DNA from: Cycas panzhihuaensis
Lineage: Eukaryota; Plantae; Cycadophyta
Length of the DNA stretch: 64,000 bases
Direction of reading: 5' to 3'
Assembly: GCA_023213395.1 (NCBI GenBank)
Contig: CM041465.1
Location: 132,563,741 to 132,627,740 of the forward strand
Below, piece by piece: positions 12,966-26,211 of this stretch. The notes below the pieces were generated by a model. The model worked only from the letters and a program-made list of their open reading frames with translations. It was not told where the DNA came from and did no database searches. The position numbers and the translations under genes are program-made. How positions within the stretch are numbered: position 1 is the stretch's first letter; every line of letters starts with the position of its first letter.

Positions 12966-14435
12966 TTAATAAAATGATTAGCAATGATATTTGTGTCCTA
13001 TGCAATGTATTCATGAATAAATTATAATATATCGTATGAGCACTAATCATAAACTAAGTCAAGCAACCTAGAAATAACTAGTGCTCTTCATAATATGGAA
13101 GTATGCATTCTTATAGATGGAAGCAAAGATAGAGTAAATCAAGCCTCTTTTGATGGGTATAATGGAGATCTTGTTAGCCATAAGTAGGAAATGATATTTC
13201 TATGGTTCAGTTTATGTTATATTGGAATCATACATACATGAGCTACAGATTTTGTTTTAAACATGAAAAATTCAATAGTAACTTACTAAGTAAATTTGTG
13301 GTGCCCTAGATGATTTTTTTGACCATATTTAGTGGAGGTGTTTTTTCCCCAAAACTTTTAAGCTATGCATATGCAAATTTTCGATCCTGATCAGGGTTTC
13401 ACTGATTTGATGACTGACTAAGTCCCTCTCTTTCACTTGATTGTCAAATACAATTGGTCTCTCACTTTCAAATGGTTTGATAATAGATCTCATTTGTTTC
13501 ATTTGTAGCTCCTCATTTTCAAAACCACTCTCTATGATATCTAGAATATTAGTAATATGGCATATTTTTAGGACGTAGTCCCAACATTTGAACATGCTTT
13601 TATTTATATTCATAAGGAGATCCGGCAATGACTTCAACACTCCCCTCACTTTTCTTCTCTATGCAAGATTTAATTTCAATTTCTTTCCAATCTTCTTCTT
13701 ACTATTATTAATGCTTAGGATCTAAAGGACCAAGTCTTGATTTATCATTAATTATGCATCTATCATTTTGTTATTAATAAAATAGTTATTTTCCTTTGCC
13801 TTTCCCAAAAGAAAAAGTATACTCTTTTTTTCATATATTAATTAGATTACCACGGATTCCATGATGATGTATTTGTATAAATTTGGATTTTTAATGAACA
13901 TATAGCTATTTCAAGTAAATTAAAGATGAACTAACTCGCCATTGCCTCCTATCTCTTAATGAAATACCACATGAAAGATAACTTGTGGAATTGTTAAATC
14001 ATATAAAAGGAAATTAATCAGATTATTTGTCTTCATTTTTAATAGCTTGTGGGATCGTTATAATCATCTAAAATTAAAATAATTGGTTCCAAAACTTAGT
14101 GGCTAAAATGCATATAATCGAGCACGCCAATTATATAGGATTTAATATACGAGTGCCAAAGGCAAAGTATACCTGTTTGTTTTTTGGTTTTCCCCCTTTT
14201 ATGCTATTGGCGAGTGTAAGATCATAGGCTGCGAATGCCTAAACATCAAATTCTAAGAAAAATAACTGACCGTGATAATCAAAGGTGGAGGAGAGGAAAT
14301 ACACAATCAAGACATGATGGGATTTTAGTATATCCAGCATGGTAGCAAAAGCTTTGTGAGGAATCATACAAAATTGATTGGAATAAAGATTAATATGATA
14401 CATTTATTCTAATTTTAAGATTACTAATAAATTAG

Positions 14436-14608
14436 CTATATATCAAAACCAATGCAGTGAAAATCAAATGTCACAGAAGATCCAACACATAGTAAGGAGT
14501 TGTGTGACTTGCAAGCTGATGCTACACTCTGCTGCATGCTCTTTGATCCACAGACTAAAGTACCCACATTCCTTCCATCCATTCTTGTTGCCAACTGATC
14601 AATAATAG
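14436..14608 (-). CDS. FRO: FRO exon 8 (absent from the ORF track)
   Basis: AIIDQLATRMDGRNVGTLVCGSKSMQQSVASAC...FDFHCIGFDI*; AAG acceptor. Confidence 0.88.
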
Positions 14609-17600
14609 CTTTTGATTTTCACATGACAATCACAAAGACAACTCCAGGTATTAGATGAATAATCTGTAAGTGTGGCCTTTCTATCTTCTATACTCAAAAG
14701 CACAGGGCAAGCTCGGTTAAAAGCAAAATTTAGAGAATATTTATTGTTATTTATTTTATTTAGTTTTAGAATCAGTTTGGGTAAGAAAGAGGATTCACCT
14801 TGAATGTCTGGTCGTCGGCCATAATGAAAATTGCTTTCGCTTTGCTGTATAATTCTTGTCAAAAGAGTGTCTATTGGCTGCGGCTGATCATGCTCTTCTG
14901 ATGGTGTATCGTCCTTGATCTTAGGGTTGTTCCTGTGCTTCCTCTTCCAGAACCCAAAAACTAAGCCTCCAAATACCCCTATCCCTACACACATGGACAC
15001 AATTGTGGCAAGTGCTCTAGCCCACCATGGGTACTCTTTATAAGAATTGTGATCTATTGGGTATATATAGAACCAATTTAGTAAGGCCATCAAAATAAGG
15101 TATCCTAGAATTGAAGAAAAAATCATTGCTCCCTGCCACAATGTATTGCTCGTGCTGTATATTGAGTGCAAGTTCCCTGCACTTCCATTTGATTCTTGGA
15201 ATTTTACTGTTCTGATATTATTCTCAGATAAACAAGCTCCATTGACAGCTGCTAATGTCCCGTCCATTTCGAGATCTAGGGCTTTCTCTTGTGTTATATA
15301 TATTTGTCCCTGTAATCTTAACATCTCAGAGTAATTTGGACACATCATACGATTTAAGATGCAAAGTTCCTGGGTTTTTTTGACTGCCCAAATGAGTATC
15401 ACTTCTCTTGCAGCATGGTCTTCGTTTCCAGTGCTATATTGGTGAAGCAATTCGGATAAAATGCTCATCAATGGAGCTATTCCATGGCCTCCACCTACTA
15501 GTACCAATGTTTCATATCTATAAGAAACGACATACAACTGTTACAAATCATTTAGTTTGATAAAAAAGGGAAATTCAAATAGTAGGTCTAGAGCATTTTT
15601 CTATTCTCTAATTTGCTCATTTAGCTAGAGAGTTCATATATATCAGAAAAGAATTCAGAGGGCCAATGTATGCCATAGGAAGCGAACCAGTCGATATCTA
15701 TTGCAGAGTACCATAATATAATCCCTAAGCTAAACTTTCATAGGTACATTTTTACATTTACCATCGAGTATAGAAATGAGGAGATGACTACCTTAAGAAG
15801 TAGTTGGATGATGGGCCATATGGACCTTCTACAGCTGCTGTAAGACGCATGGGGCCCTCCGTAGAGTTTAGTTCACCTTCCAGAAAGTCATCAAGCTTTT
15901 GGGTCCAGCTTTGTTGGCACTTGATCAATATCGAAAATCGATCAGAGTCAATGTTTGAAGTGGAAATAATGCTGAAAGGGTGCCATTCCAAACGTGATAA
16001 AAATGGTAGCTTCAAAAGCATTACACTCAGGGGATTGTACTCTAGACCTGCAGTTGGTTTCCACAATAATATAAGTTATAACTAACGAACCATAATATAA
16101 AAACTTTAAGGTCCAAACTCCTGTATACCAATGACTAGTCTGTAGGGAAAGAGTATAAATATCTACCTGGATGTTTTGCCATCACCAAGTGCACTATTTT
16201 GGAAGGTAATTTCGTAGCAGATATAACGCTCACAGTTCTCTGTGACTGCAGGAATCGAAGGTATCGATCAAGTAGAAAAAGGAAAACTCCAGGAAGGACA
16301 AGAGAGAATAGTGTCTCCCCCACGTGCATGGCAAAGAAGATGATGAATATTATGTACAGATGGTGAGTATAATAAAATACTTCAAAGAAACGTTGTCGAA
16401 CTTGCTTTAATGAGGTGAACCAAATTATCAGGCCTACGATCAAAGCAATCAGTCCTGCTAAATTTGGATATCCAACTCTCTGCCAGCTCAACTGCACCCC
16501 AAAAACCATCAGGGTCACTATATTTGTCCAATGCTACAATCTTTCTTTCTAGATGATCTGAAGTGGATTTTAGAGTAAATATATACAACACAATACGATC
16601 AATACAAAAACTTCTTTTTCGATGGGAAAGAGAAGCATAGTTAAATTTTCAGGAAATACAAAGTGCAATTCTGCAATTTCATAGATTTTTGGATCCATCG
16701 GCCAAAAGGAAATATATCTCGCCTCATTTAGCAATACCGCTAAGAAATATGACCAAGATATCATAAGGAATGATTTATTAAGGACGCATGTGCATACCAT
16801 TTCGTGAAGCTGATTTGTAAGCCCCCATATTAATACATATAACACGCCATGGATTGTGGCAAGTACCATTGTCATATGAGCTATCCACATATGGTACTTC
16901 ACTGAAATTTCATATGAAATATTGAGCAGCTGTAATAGAACAGAACCACGAGTAACAGGGAAGAAGAGAAAAGCCAAACACACAGTTCCAACTAGACCCA
17001 CACGAGCCATGCAACTCGCAACAGCAATACATTTTCTTTGCCACCTGCAAAGAATTTCCAAGTTAAATCAGTAACTTGTGTGAATCCGGAGAAGAATTGT
17101 ATTTGATATTTAGCTAGAAGAATTAAATATATTTTAAATTCTTACAATGAATAAATATACTATATAAATATGCAGAAAATAAATACTATATAAATAAAAA
17201 ATGTCAAGGGGTTTGTTAATGCAAATGCATCTACACATACGCGGAAATGAACTCTCTAAATAAGAAATGGAAAGACGTTTGTTAAGAGAGGGGGAGAAAT
17301 AAGTTAATAGGGGGCCTATATTGACTTCGTGATAGGTGCAGCATCTAGGTATAATCCCAACTCCCTTAAGAGTAGGTGAATATACAATCTAATATGAGTA
17401 TTACGACATGGTAGTTTAAGTTGATTATAAGAAATTAGAGAATAATCATTTATGTAATAAAATTGTTCTTTAATATATAATAATATAAGCAAAAGTACAT
17501 CAATATGGCTAGGCAACAAAGTGCTTGAGACTAGAAGCAAAACAACCTCCACAAGCTTCTAGACCAATGATTACTTCTTTTATGAAAGTGGTGCCTATGT

Positions 17601-18915
17601 CTCATACCCTATCATAAATGCTTACTAATTTAATCATATACCTAGTTCCTTAACTTGAGACCAATAAACACTATCCAATCAAGCAAATCAATTTTTATTA
17701 AGATACCCATTGCATCAATATGGATAGGCAACAAAGTGCTCAAGACTAGAAGCAAAACAACCTTTAAAAGCTTCTAGACAAATGATTACTTCTTTTATGA
17801 AAGTGGTGCCTATGTCTCATACCCTATCATAAATGCTTAGAGATTTAATCATATACCTAGTTCCTTAACTTGAGACCAATAAACACTATTCAATCAAGCA
17901 AATAAATTTTTAAGAAGACACTCAAGCAGTGCATTAATTACTTGAGTCTATTAAAATGATTTAAGTTCTCTACAAATAAATTCATGGATATCAACTATGA
18001 TGAAATTAATATGACTCTTTTATTGTATACTTGAATGGCACATTAATAAGATTCATATTCATAAAATACTGTCATTTTTACATGATAGTACAAGACAAAG
18101 CCATTTGAAATAGCATTGATTAGAATATTTTCTTACCCCTTGACTCCAGGTTTTATCTTGATGTGTTCACTTCCATCCACACCGTAAATGATGTATGATG
18201 ATGTTGTCCATGCTAACAAGCCTACAAATATAATAAGAATGAGGAACTCGCCCGCATTAACTATTCCCAATGGTCCGCGTGTGAAGATTGGATATGTCCA
18301 TAGCTTCACTTTTAGTGTCTCGTTTTTTGTCCTAAATTGAAAATCATTTCCACATCTTAAGCTCTTAGTGAATGAAACATGTCTATATCTTAAAATTAGC
18401 TAATTCATAATATCAACAAAAGAGTCTATCCAAGTATAACATACACCAAATAATGGTTAATTAATAAAATTATTCCCTTGCCCCTTTTCTCCTTATTCTC
18501 TTATGTTCTTAATTTCTTATGATCTATTGCATTTCATATTAAACTAAGTATGAGTTAGAAAAATGCACTTTAGTCTATTAAACAGGATAAACTCATGATG
18601 ATAATGGCAACTATTTTCTATATGAATCTACTAATAAATACTACAAATTATAACTCTTAGCATTCTTCTTTATGTGGTCCTTTTATATCAACATATCTTT
18701 ATAAGCTACCTAAAGTAAATGATTATATTATTTAGTACAAGATATAAATATTCAAATGAAAATTGCTAGGGACAAGGGTAAATTAATGTATGCAATAAAA
18801 TAACAATGTCCTTCAAACTCTTAGCAAGTGAGAAGCATGATTCCCAAGGCAATGAATATTCCATGCCCATCCCTCAAAATGATCAAGGGATAGGTCCAAT
18901 GACACAACTATTTAT

Positions 18916-19004
<89 letters not shown>

Positions 19005-21207
19005 CCTCCTTTAGAATGAAGGTGAAGACTATAACTACAAGTACTTAAATTAAATGCTTACTTGATAGTTTGTTGCCTTCTAGAAATATGAAGATACACA
19101 GATGCCAAGATAGCTATTAAAAATATAGGAGTCGAAAAAAGGAGGTTGATTGAACCTGTATAAACCAACAATATATTGTTAACTCTTAAACCAAAGGATG
19201 CAATCATTTGATAAATCCTTTACTTAATTTCTCTTAAGGAACAAATTTACTAACAACAATCATATAATATCTAGCACTAGTGGCTTTTGTATTCTTCATG
19301 ATCGATTTTAGCCAAGATTTTAGAAAAATAAAAATTAAGTTAGACCTAAATTATAAGATGCAATCAATCTTAAGCTCCTTTATGTAAGGTCTCTTCGGTA
19401 AAAAATTTACCAATAACAATATGATTGTATCTAACACTAACAACTTTTTGAGTTCTCAATGATTAATTTAGATTGAGGTTTGTAGAATTTAAAATGATCT
19501 TGGATCATGGAATAAGGTATAAAAGTTCTTTGTCCCGCATACAAGTGCATCCCTCTAATGGAGGTAAGTTTTATGGTCAATGGTCACTTTATAGGGATTG
19601 TACTAGTGAACAACCCAAGTGGTTCCATTATTCAAGCTTTCTTAAATAAGATGTTTTCTAATAGCAATATTATAGTGTCTAATAAGTTGACTATAGGTTT
19701 TCAATATTTATTTCATATTTAGCCTCTATCATGAGCACTTTACTTACATCATTTGAGCATTCTAGATGATTGGCCTATTCATTGTTGATGAGCAAAACAC
19801 TATAAGTAAATACTTCAAGTTTATCTAGAGAAAATGACTAACTAATACACTAGTGGACTAACCATATTTTTTCAAGTGATAATTAAAAACAACTACCTAT
19901 CATTTGCGATGCCAAGAGTTTGATAAGAAAATAAAATATATGGTTTTCTTTTAATTGAAAAAGCACCATTCACATGAACACATCTTAAAAATTATATATT
20001 AGACAAAAAGACGAGGAGGGAAAAAACTCACAATCACGTATTTGGATTTTAAAATGTAACTTCTTTTAAAAAGTTAAAGACTTGACCTTAACCTCTATGG
20101 TCGTATCTTCGACGTACCCCAAGGGGTAAAATAGTTGGATGTCAGATGCAATAGATTAACCCCGAGTATCCCTTCAGCTCTCCCAACCTGAACCTACTAA
20201 AGCGAGTCTGAAGCCCCCAACGGCAATTCAAAAACTGCTCTTAATTAAATAGTAAGGGATCCTCTATTTTAGCCGGAAAACCCAATTCTTAATCCCAGCC
20301 CCCTCCTTGTATGTCCATGGGACCAGCCTCCGATGCAGAATAATCTACGTGACCTGCTAACATGTGATTAATGCAAATTGACTTCGTCTTTTGTATGCCA
20401 TGCACTTATGGCGTGTTGCACGGCCCATGGGAACCTTCGCCTTATTGGAATTCTATTAATGGTCAGATTTAGCCGAATTTTTTAAGAAACGGAAAACGAA
20501 CAGATCACCAAAATGTTTGGATAAGGTGTCTGACGTACTGGTTTCCCAGGCAGGCGCATTACCATTCACCCAATTGAGATAGATCACATGGCGACTCCGC
20601 GGCAGTTGGAATTTTAACCACCTAAAGTGGAACCACTTATCAAACGGTCTGCAAATTTTAGACATTCTCTTATGTATTTAATGCGACATTATTAGGTCCT
20701 CTTTCTTTTAATTCGTAATAAATAGGATCGTCAGGACTTCGAATTAGTACGAACAGCATGAGCATAGAGAACTATAAATCCAGCAAAACGATAAAAATCA
20801 TCTCATCCAGGCGGATATTCTAGTTGCTAATATATGCCAGCTGACTACAGAATTTTTTTCGTACGAGAAACAATCACACGCTTCAGAAAATTTTAACAAA
20901 CTTGACATAATTCGGATTTCTTTTACAAAACTGGGGACTCGCCTTAACTTCTAATCTGAACTATATTTATAAAGGTCCTGTAGCCCTTAAAATAATCCCT
21001 ACTGCAAGACGTGAAGAGGAGGGTAAGGAAATCCACACCAGAATGTCCAAAATAAGACGTATTTGTTTTGGCTAAGAGGGTCTCGGAAGGCTTTGACCAG
21101 GACTTTGTTGGCCTCAAAAGCCAGAGGGCAATCCATCCCGCAAAAAGTATCCACATTGCCATTTTTAGCAGAATGCACACCGATCCTGTCATTGCGTTTG
21201 CCTTCAT
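14436..21207 (-). CDS. FRO: Ferric-chelate reductase (ferric reduction oxidase), 8 exons, 2178 nt, 725 aa; join(complement: 21207-21039, 19155-19062, 18331-18137, 17044-16798, 16491-16167, 16047-15792, 15517-14799, 14608-14436)
   Basis: All seven introns are GT-AG with compatible phases and there are no internal stops. Haem-ligand His motifs KYHMWIAH...IHG and YYTHHLY...MHVG, FAD motif WHPFS, EGPYGP, NAD-binding LVGGGHGIAP, and C-terminal VGTLVCG...FHCIGFDI*. Confidence 0.95.
14799..15517 (-). CDS. FRO: FRO exon 7
   Basis: YETLVLVGGGHGIAP...YIYPIDHN...YGRRPDIQ; donor G|GTGAAT. Confidence 0.93.
15792..16047 (-). CDS. FRO: FRO exon 6
   Basis: LEWHPFSIIS...VEGPYGP (FAD-binding domain). Confidence 0.93.
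16167..16491 (-). CDS. FRO: FRO exon 5
   Basis: LSWQRVGYPNLAG...FFEVFYYTHHLY...DRYLRFLQS. Confidence 0.93.
16798..17044 (-). CDS. FRO: FRO exon 4
   Basis: WQRK...GLVGTVCLAFLFFPVTRGS...KYHMWIAH; TGCAG| acceptor and |GTATGC donor. Confidence 0.93.
17498..17920 (+). repeat. ~215-bp tandem duplication in FRO intron 3
   Basis: Units start CATCAATATGG at 17498 and 17713 and are near-identical. Confidence 0.92.
18137..18331 (-). CDS. FRO: FRO exon 3 (absent from the ORF track)
   Basis: TTTAG| acceptor, LWTYPIFTRGPLGIVNAGEF, |GTAAGA donor. Confidence 0.92.
18917..19001 (+). repeat. Compound (CT)n(AT)n microsatellite in FRO intron 2
   Basis: Seen directly in the sequence. Confidence 0.97.
19062..19155 (-). 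CDS. FRO: FRO exon 2 (absent from the ORF track)
   Basis: TACAG| acceptor, GSINLLFSTPIFLIAILASVYLHIS, |GTAAGC donor. Confidence 0.9.
21039..21207 (-). CDS. FRO: FRO exon 1
   Basis: MKANAM...WILFAGWIALWLLRPT...SYFGHS; donor G|GTGTGG, phase 1. Confidence 0.88.
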
Positions 21208-21290
21208 CTTCCTTCTTCAGACTATGACCAACTCAAAAGACGGACACGGTTCGAATCACATCCCCAGTGCACAACCAATTGTATCAGCCT

Positions 21291-21303
21291 TCATATATAT
21301 TAT
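21291..21303 (-). promoter_or_regulatory. Candidate TATA box of FRO
   Basis: ATAATATATATG ~85-95 nt upstream of the ATG; position is plausible but the TSS is unknown. Confidence 0.4.
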
Positions 21304-21702
21304 CTGTAATGAAGGCGAACAATGTACAGGCAAATTGTATCAGCCAGGTTGACAGTATACGCCAACCTATCTCCATATATATTGCTCGGGACCTTGACAT
21401 CATTCTAAGGTGCTGCTCTCAGTCGGCTGTGATTGAACGTAACATCAGTTCCTCCGAACGTGCCCATCGTTATCATTGTGAATATCAATACCCTCTCAGG
21501 CTTAATGAGACATTAATGTAAACTTCATTAATTGGGCTTCTTGTGGAATTGGATTAGCAGAGAAAAAACGAGGAATGATAATGGATTTAAAAACTTTAGA
21601 AATAGAATAGAATATGAAAACTTATAGTAGAAGAGAATGTTAAGGAAAAGCCAGAGTGGAGTTGAATTGAAAGAACGAGAACAGAATCTATGCCTTGGAG
21701 AG

Positions 21703-21710
21703 CATGCATG
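21703..21710. promoter_or_regulatory. CATGCATG (RY / IDE1-core CATGC) motif upstream of FRO
   Basis: Exact motif ~500 bp upstream of the ATG; motif match only. Confidence 0.3.
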
Positions 21711-24700
21711 AGTTGCCGTGTTGTCTCATTGCGATAAGCTCTACATGTTACATTTAATGTCATTTTTCTAAATAAAGACTGAGGAGGACGTGACGTGTAA
21801 AATAGAATGAAACGAGCTTTTTCGTATGTATATATAAAAAAAAAAAGATTAAAAAATGGGTAAATATAGGAGTAGGCGGAGGTGATTAGGGGGTCCTCTG
21901 TTCAAACCCAGTAATTAAGGAATTTCAAAGGTTATGCCAACTGTTGCCTACGGATTATGGTTTGTCCGGGTTTGCCTCGGTACAACGGATTGGTTCGTTT
22001 TTATTTTTTGGTTGTCGGCGGGGTGGGAGGGGGTGTTGAGACAAGGGGTTATAGTAATACCCAAATTGGATAGGAGAATGAATAAGGTAATGTTGCTTTG
22101 TGTTTGGTCAAACCAAACTATACCATGATACCAAAGGTTAGCTTTCTAGTAAGCTTGTATTGAAAGCAAGTGTTATAGTCCATGGCAAATCCATGGGATG
22201 TGATGTGTGCACAACTTATGATGTAGGAAACTTACTGCTACAATTTGTTTGATAAAATGTGCAAAATGCATGGTTATTTTTAGCATTTCAACATCTACGT
22301 TTGTCGTATGTATTGCATGTTTGCTCTTGTCTCCTAGTTCTTATTACAATTTCATAGTGTCATTCGAAAATCATGATTTAAGATCAACGAGAAAGAGGGC
22401 CTTTCATTTTCAACACTCGAGTCCAATGTGGAAATAAGGAATACTTATATTAAAAGGGGATAAATTCATGTAGATCCCCATCATTATCACTATCATGTTC
22501 TTCCCTCACATGCGTGCACGTTATTTCTTACATTGGTTTGAATAGCATATATTGACAAGTTTTGACCCTACAAATAATGTATAAAACTATAGGCATCTAC
22601 TAATGTAGCTTGACTTCATTTGACTATGATTGAAAATGAAAGGAACCAAGGGATCTATTCAAACAAAGATTATACAGAATAGTATAAACTAGAATATACA
22701 AAGTTCATGTTTTGTTTAAGTTGCACACGTATAACGAATTCACTCTTTGTGGGCCAATGGTAAAATTAGGGATTCACTCATTTCCCTACTTATCTTCTCA
22801 AGCTATCATAAACCATATATGTCCCTTTTCATGGTCAAAACATTAGTGAATGATATGACATTACTACTTTGCCCATATAATTTCCCCACTTCAAGCCATC
22901 TAAGAGAGAATGAAAAAATAAATTAGGAGTTTATTCTCTTGAAATCATAATCAATAGTCGTATATCAATTATTGTCATGTATTTATCATGAATTGTCTTT
23001 GTATACTACCACATGGTTTTATGTTTTCTTTCTTCAGGCGAAGAGAGTTCTTTATTGTTATTCTTAAAACAATTTCAATTTCAATATCAGTATTCTATTA
23101 ATGAAATGTAAGAACTACATCAAATTATAGTTCTTACTTTTCTATTAAATTTCTATGAGCTAATAATGACCACTATTCATTTAAAATTACTTACAATTAA
23201 CTTGAAATGCTTCCTACCCTTAATTATTCATATTTTTCCTAGCAACTAGAGTTAAACAAATCACACAATTCTTATATTTATAACATTTCAATTTACTTTT
23301 AAAATTAAAAGTGTGTTAATATCCATATACATTAGATAGAATTCATTAGACTTGGCTCATTATTATCAACGATATCCTTTTACACCTTCTGTGTCTTATC
23401 CCATCCTTTAGACTCTTAATGCTTAAGACCCTTACTTGACTTGAAACTTCCTTGGTGAAGTTATCCCCATTAAGATTTCTATTGGTATTTGGCATTATTT
23501 TGCTTAACCTAAACTATTAAAATATTTGCAAATATTCTTTGATTAATTTTCCTTTATATTCTATAAACTTTAAAAGGCTATTCCAAAAAGTATATTTTTC
23601 CCTTAAGGGAAAATGTCCTCTTATTCTTTTTCTTCTTTCCTATAGTGAGTTATAAGTTGCCACACACATAAATAGTTTATGAAAAATTAGATTTAATAAA
23701 TAAGCTGTGAAAAGTTTAAAAATAAATAAAGAAATAAGTACTGGATTGCTCCCAATGGACATAGTCTAAGGAATAAATAAATAAATAAATCAAATAAGGG
23801 AATGTTTTTGGTTGAGGCTTCACTAGCCTTTTATATTTTGCTTTAAGGTTGGTTACACCCTTAATGAGCAAATTGGTTCCAACTTGATGTGAGTCCTCCC
23901 TTATTAAGATAAAGTTTAACCTATAAAGCTTAAGATATTGTTTGATGAATCATTTTGAATCCCATGTGGCATCTTCTTTTGGTAGTCCCTTTTATATGAT
24001 GAGATATTTAATTATTATCCTAGATCAAAGTACCTTTTATTGCTTCTCAAGTATACTATATAGTTCAATGGTTACTTTTCTTTCTTCACTACTAATAGGT
24101 AGCTTTGTGGGGATCCTAATATAGGGACTCATCCTTTTCTTCAATCTTGGGACATGGAATACATTATAAATCTCACTATGTGGAGGTAGGTTGAGGGAAT
24201 ATGTGACTTTGCCTGCTTTCCTTCTGATTAGGCTCGATTCATAAATTCTCCACACTAGTTTGAATTTGCCTTCTTATGATAATGAAGCTTGTTTGTAAGG
24301 TTGTAGCCTCACAAACACCTAATCTTTAGCTTCAAATTCCCTTTTGATTCATCATCAATCCACTTACTACTTCATTTTGTTTCTTATTATATTATATAGT
24401 TATCTTTGAGTTCCTTAAGAATCTATTATGCTTATTAAACTATTTTCTATGTAGTAAAAGTAGTCTATTGCTTTTAGTTATGGATAGCCATATTTGGATA
24501 TAAATGGGTCCATTGGTATTCTATAATAGCAGTTGGTGTTATACCAATGGTTAACTAAGTGAATCCATTTTAACAAATTACTTTAGTTCCCTTTCATATA
24601 TAACCTTAAGTATATCTCCAGACATTTGTTAACCACTTATATTTATCTAATTATCTATGGGTGATATGACATGTTTATTGCCTATTATGTTCCTACCAAT

Positions 24701-26211
24701 TTGAAGAGCTCTTTCCAAAAATTATTGGTGAAATTTAGATCCTTATTAAATATGATTTTCTTGAGAAAACCATATAATTTACGAATATTATTCATAAAGC
24801 ATTAATGGTGTGGTGTATGTAGACCATATTAAGATGATGTGGGAATACTTAGTGAGGCAATCCACAAGCATAAATATTACGTCATTTTCTTTGAGAATGG
24901 AGAGTACCATATGAAAAATGATTGATATTTCTTCTAATTTTATTATGAAATCTATAGTTGTTGTAATAGTCTTAGGCTTTTCATGTATTTTAAATTTTGT
25001 CTTTAGTAAGCATCATATTATATGATAAATACCTTAATATCATTTATCGTGCCATTCCAATAGAACAATATTTTTATTCTTGCATGTATCTTGGCAAATC
25101 AAGAGTGCCTTGTTACTAGGGTTTGCTCATATTCTTAGAATATCTCACATCTGAGGTCTAAGTTGCTTAGAAAGTAAAACCTATTTTTTAAAAATTAATG
25201 TCTGTGTTTAGCCCTACTATTCTATTATTATATTTCTTAATTAGTATATCAACTATTTAATTCATGGTATACTCTTAACAGAGCTTATTTAACCATGAGA
25301 GTTATATGACTAATACTACCACATAGTTTTCTTCTTTATACTTCTAAGAGAGTATGCTTGCAATTATGTCACTCCTCTATTTTTCTATTGATTTTAAAAT
25401 TATATTTATGTGATTTATTAAGCCACCTCTATTATTCCTCAAATAGGTTTGGCTAAGATAAGAAGTATTTTAACGTTTCATAATCCATCTTTACCATAAT
25501 TTTTCTCATAATAAATATTACCTCTATTCTATTAAGGCATGAAGAATTGCAAGCATCTCTTTGTCATACATGCTTCTTTCCATTAGGTTCAACTTTATGC
25601 TCTTGTATGTGATGAGTTTTTCATTTTAGAGGAGTACTATACTAAGCCTAGTTCTTGAGACATCACACTCTACTATGAAGGGTTGGGTAAAATTAGGCAT
25701 GGTAAGAACTATTATTAAGGTTATTGATACCTTAAGGTTGTTGAATTTTTTTTTATATTACATGACCCTAATTAAACTCATCCTTTTTGTATAAATTGGG
25801 GAGTGGTCCTACCATGATAGTATGCCCCTATAAACTTCTTGTAGAATTTAAGTAATCTTAAAAGCATCGTACCTTTTACATGGATTTTGGTATAGACCAA
25901 TCAATGATTACTTAGACTTTAGTTGAGTTAATACAAACTCCTTCTTAAGATATTATATGGCTGAGACATCCCAATATTTATTGGATAAAATTATGCTTAG
26001 ATTTCTTTATATGAATCCCATTATCTCTTAGGGTTTACAAACCTTCCTTAAGTGTAATAGGTGATCCTCCTAAGTTTCACTATAGATGGGTTGTCATTAG
26101 TAAAACCCATGATAAATGATCTAAGAAATAATAGAAATATATTATTCATGTTTACTTGGAATGATGTTAAGGCATTAACAAGGCTAAATAACATAATCTT
26201 AAACTTAAACA

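Noticed and set aside
13329-13649. 106-aa minus-strand ORF downstream of FRO
   Set aside because: Non-ATG start, no recognisable motif or splice context; probably a decayed repeat fragment.
14599-15537. 312-aa ORF as a stand-alone gene
   Set aside because: It is FRO exon 7 plus intron read-through on both sides.
18806-19048. ORFs with SLSL/YIYI/HTHT runs (also 38579, 45448, 45516, 57692-57973)
   Set aside because: They are translations of microsatellites.
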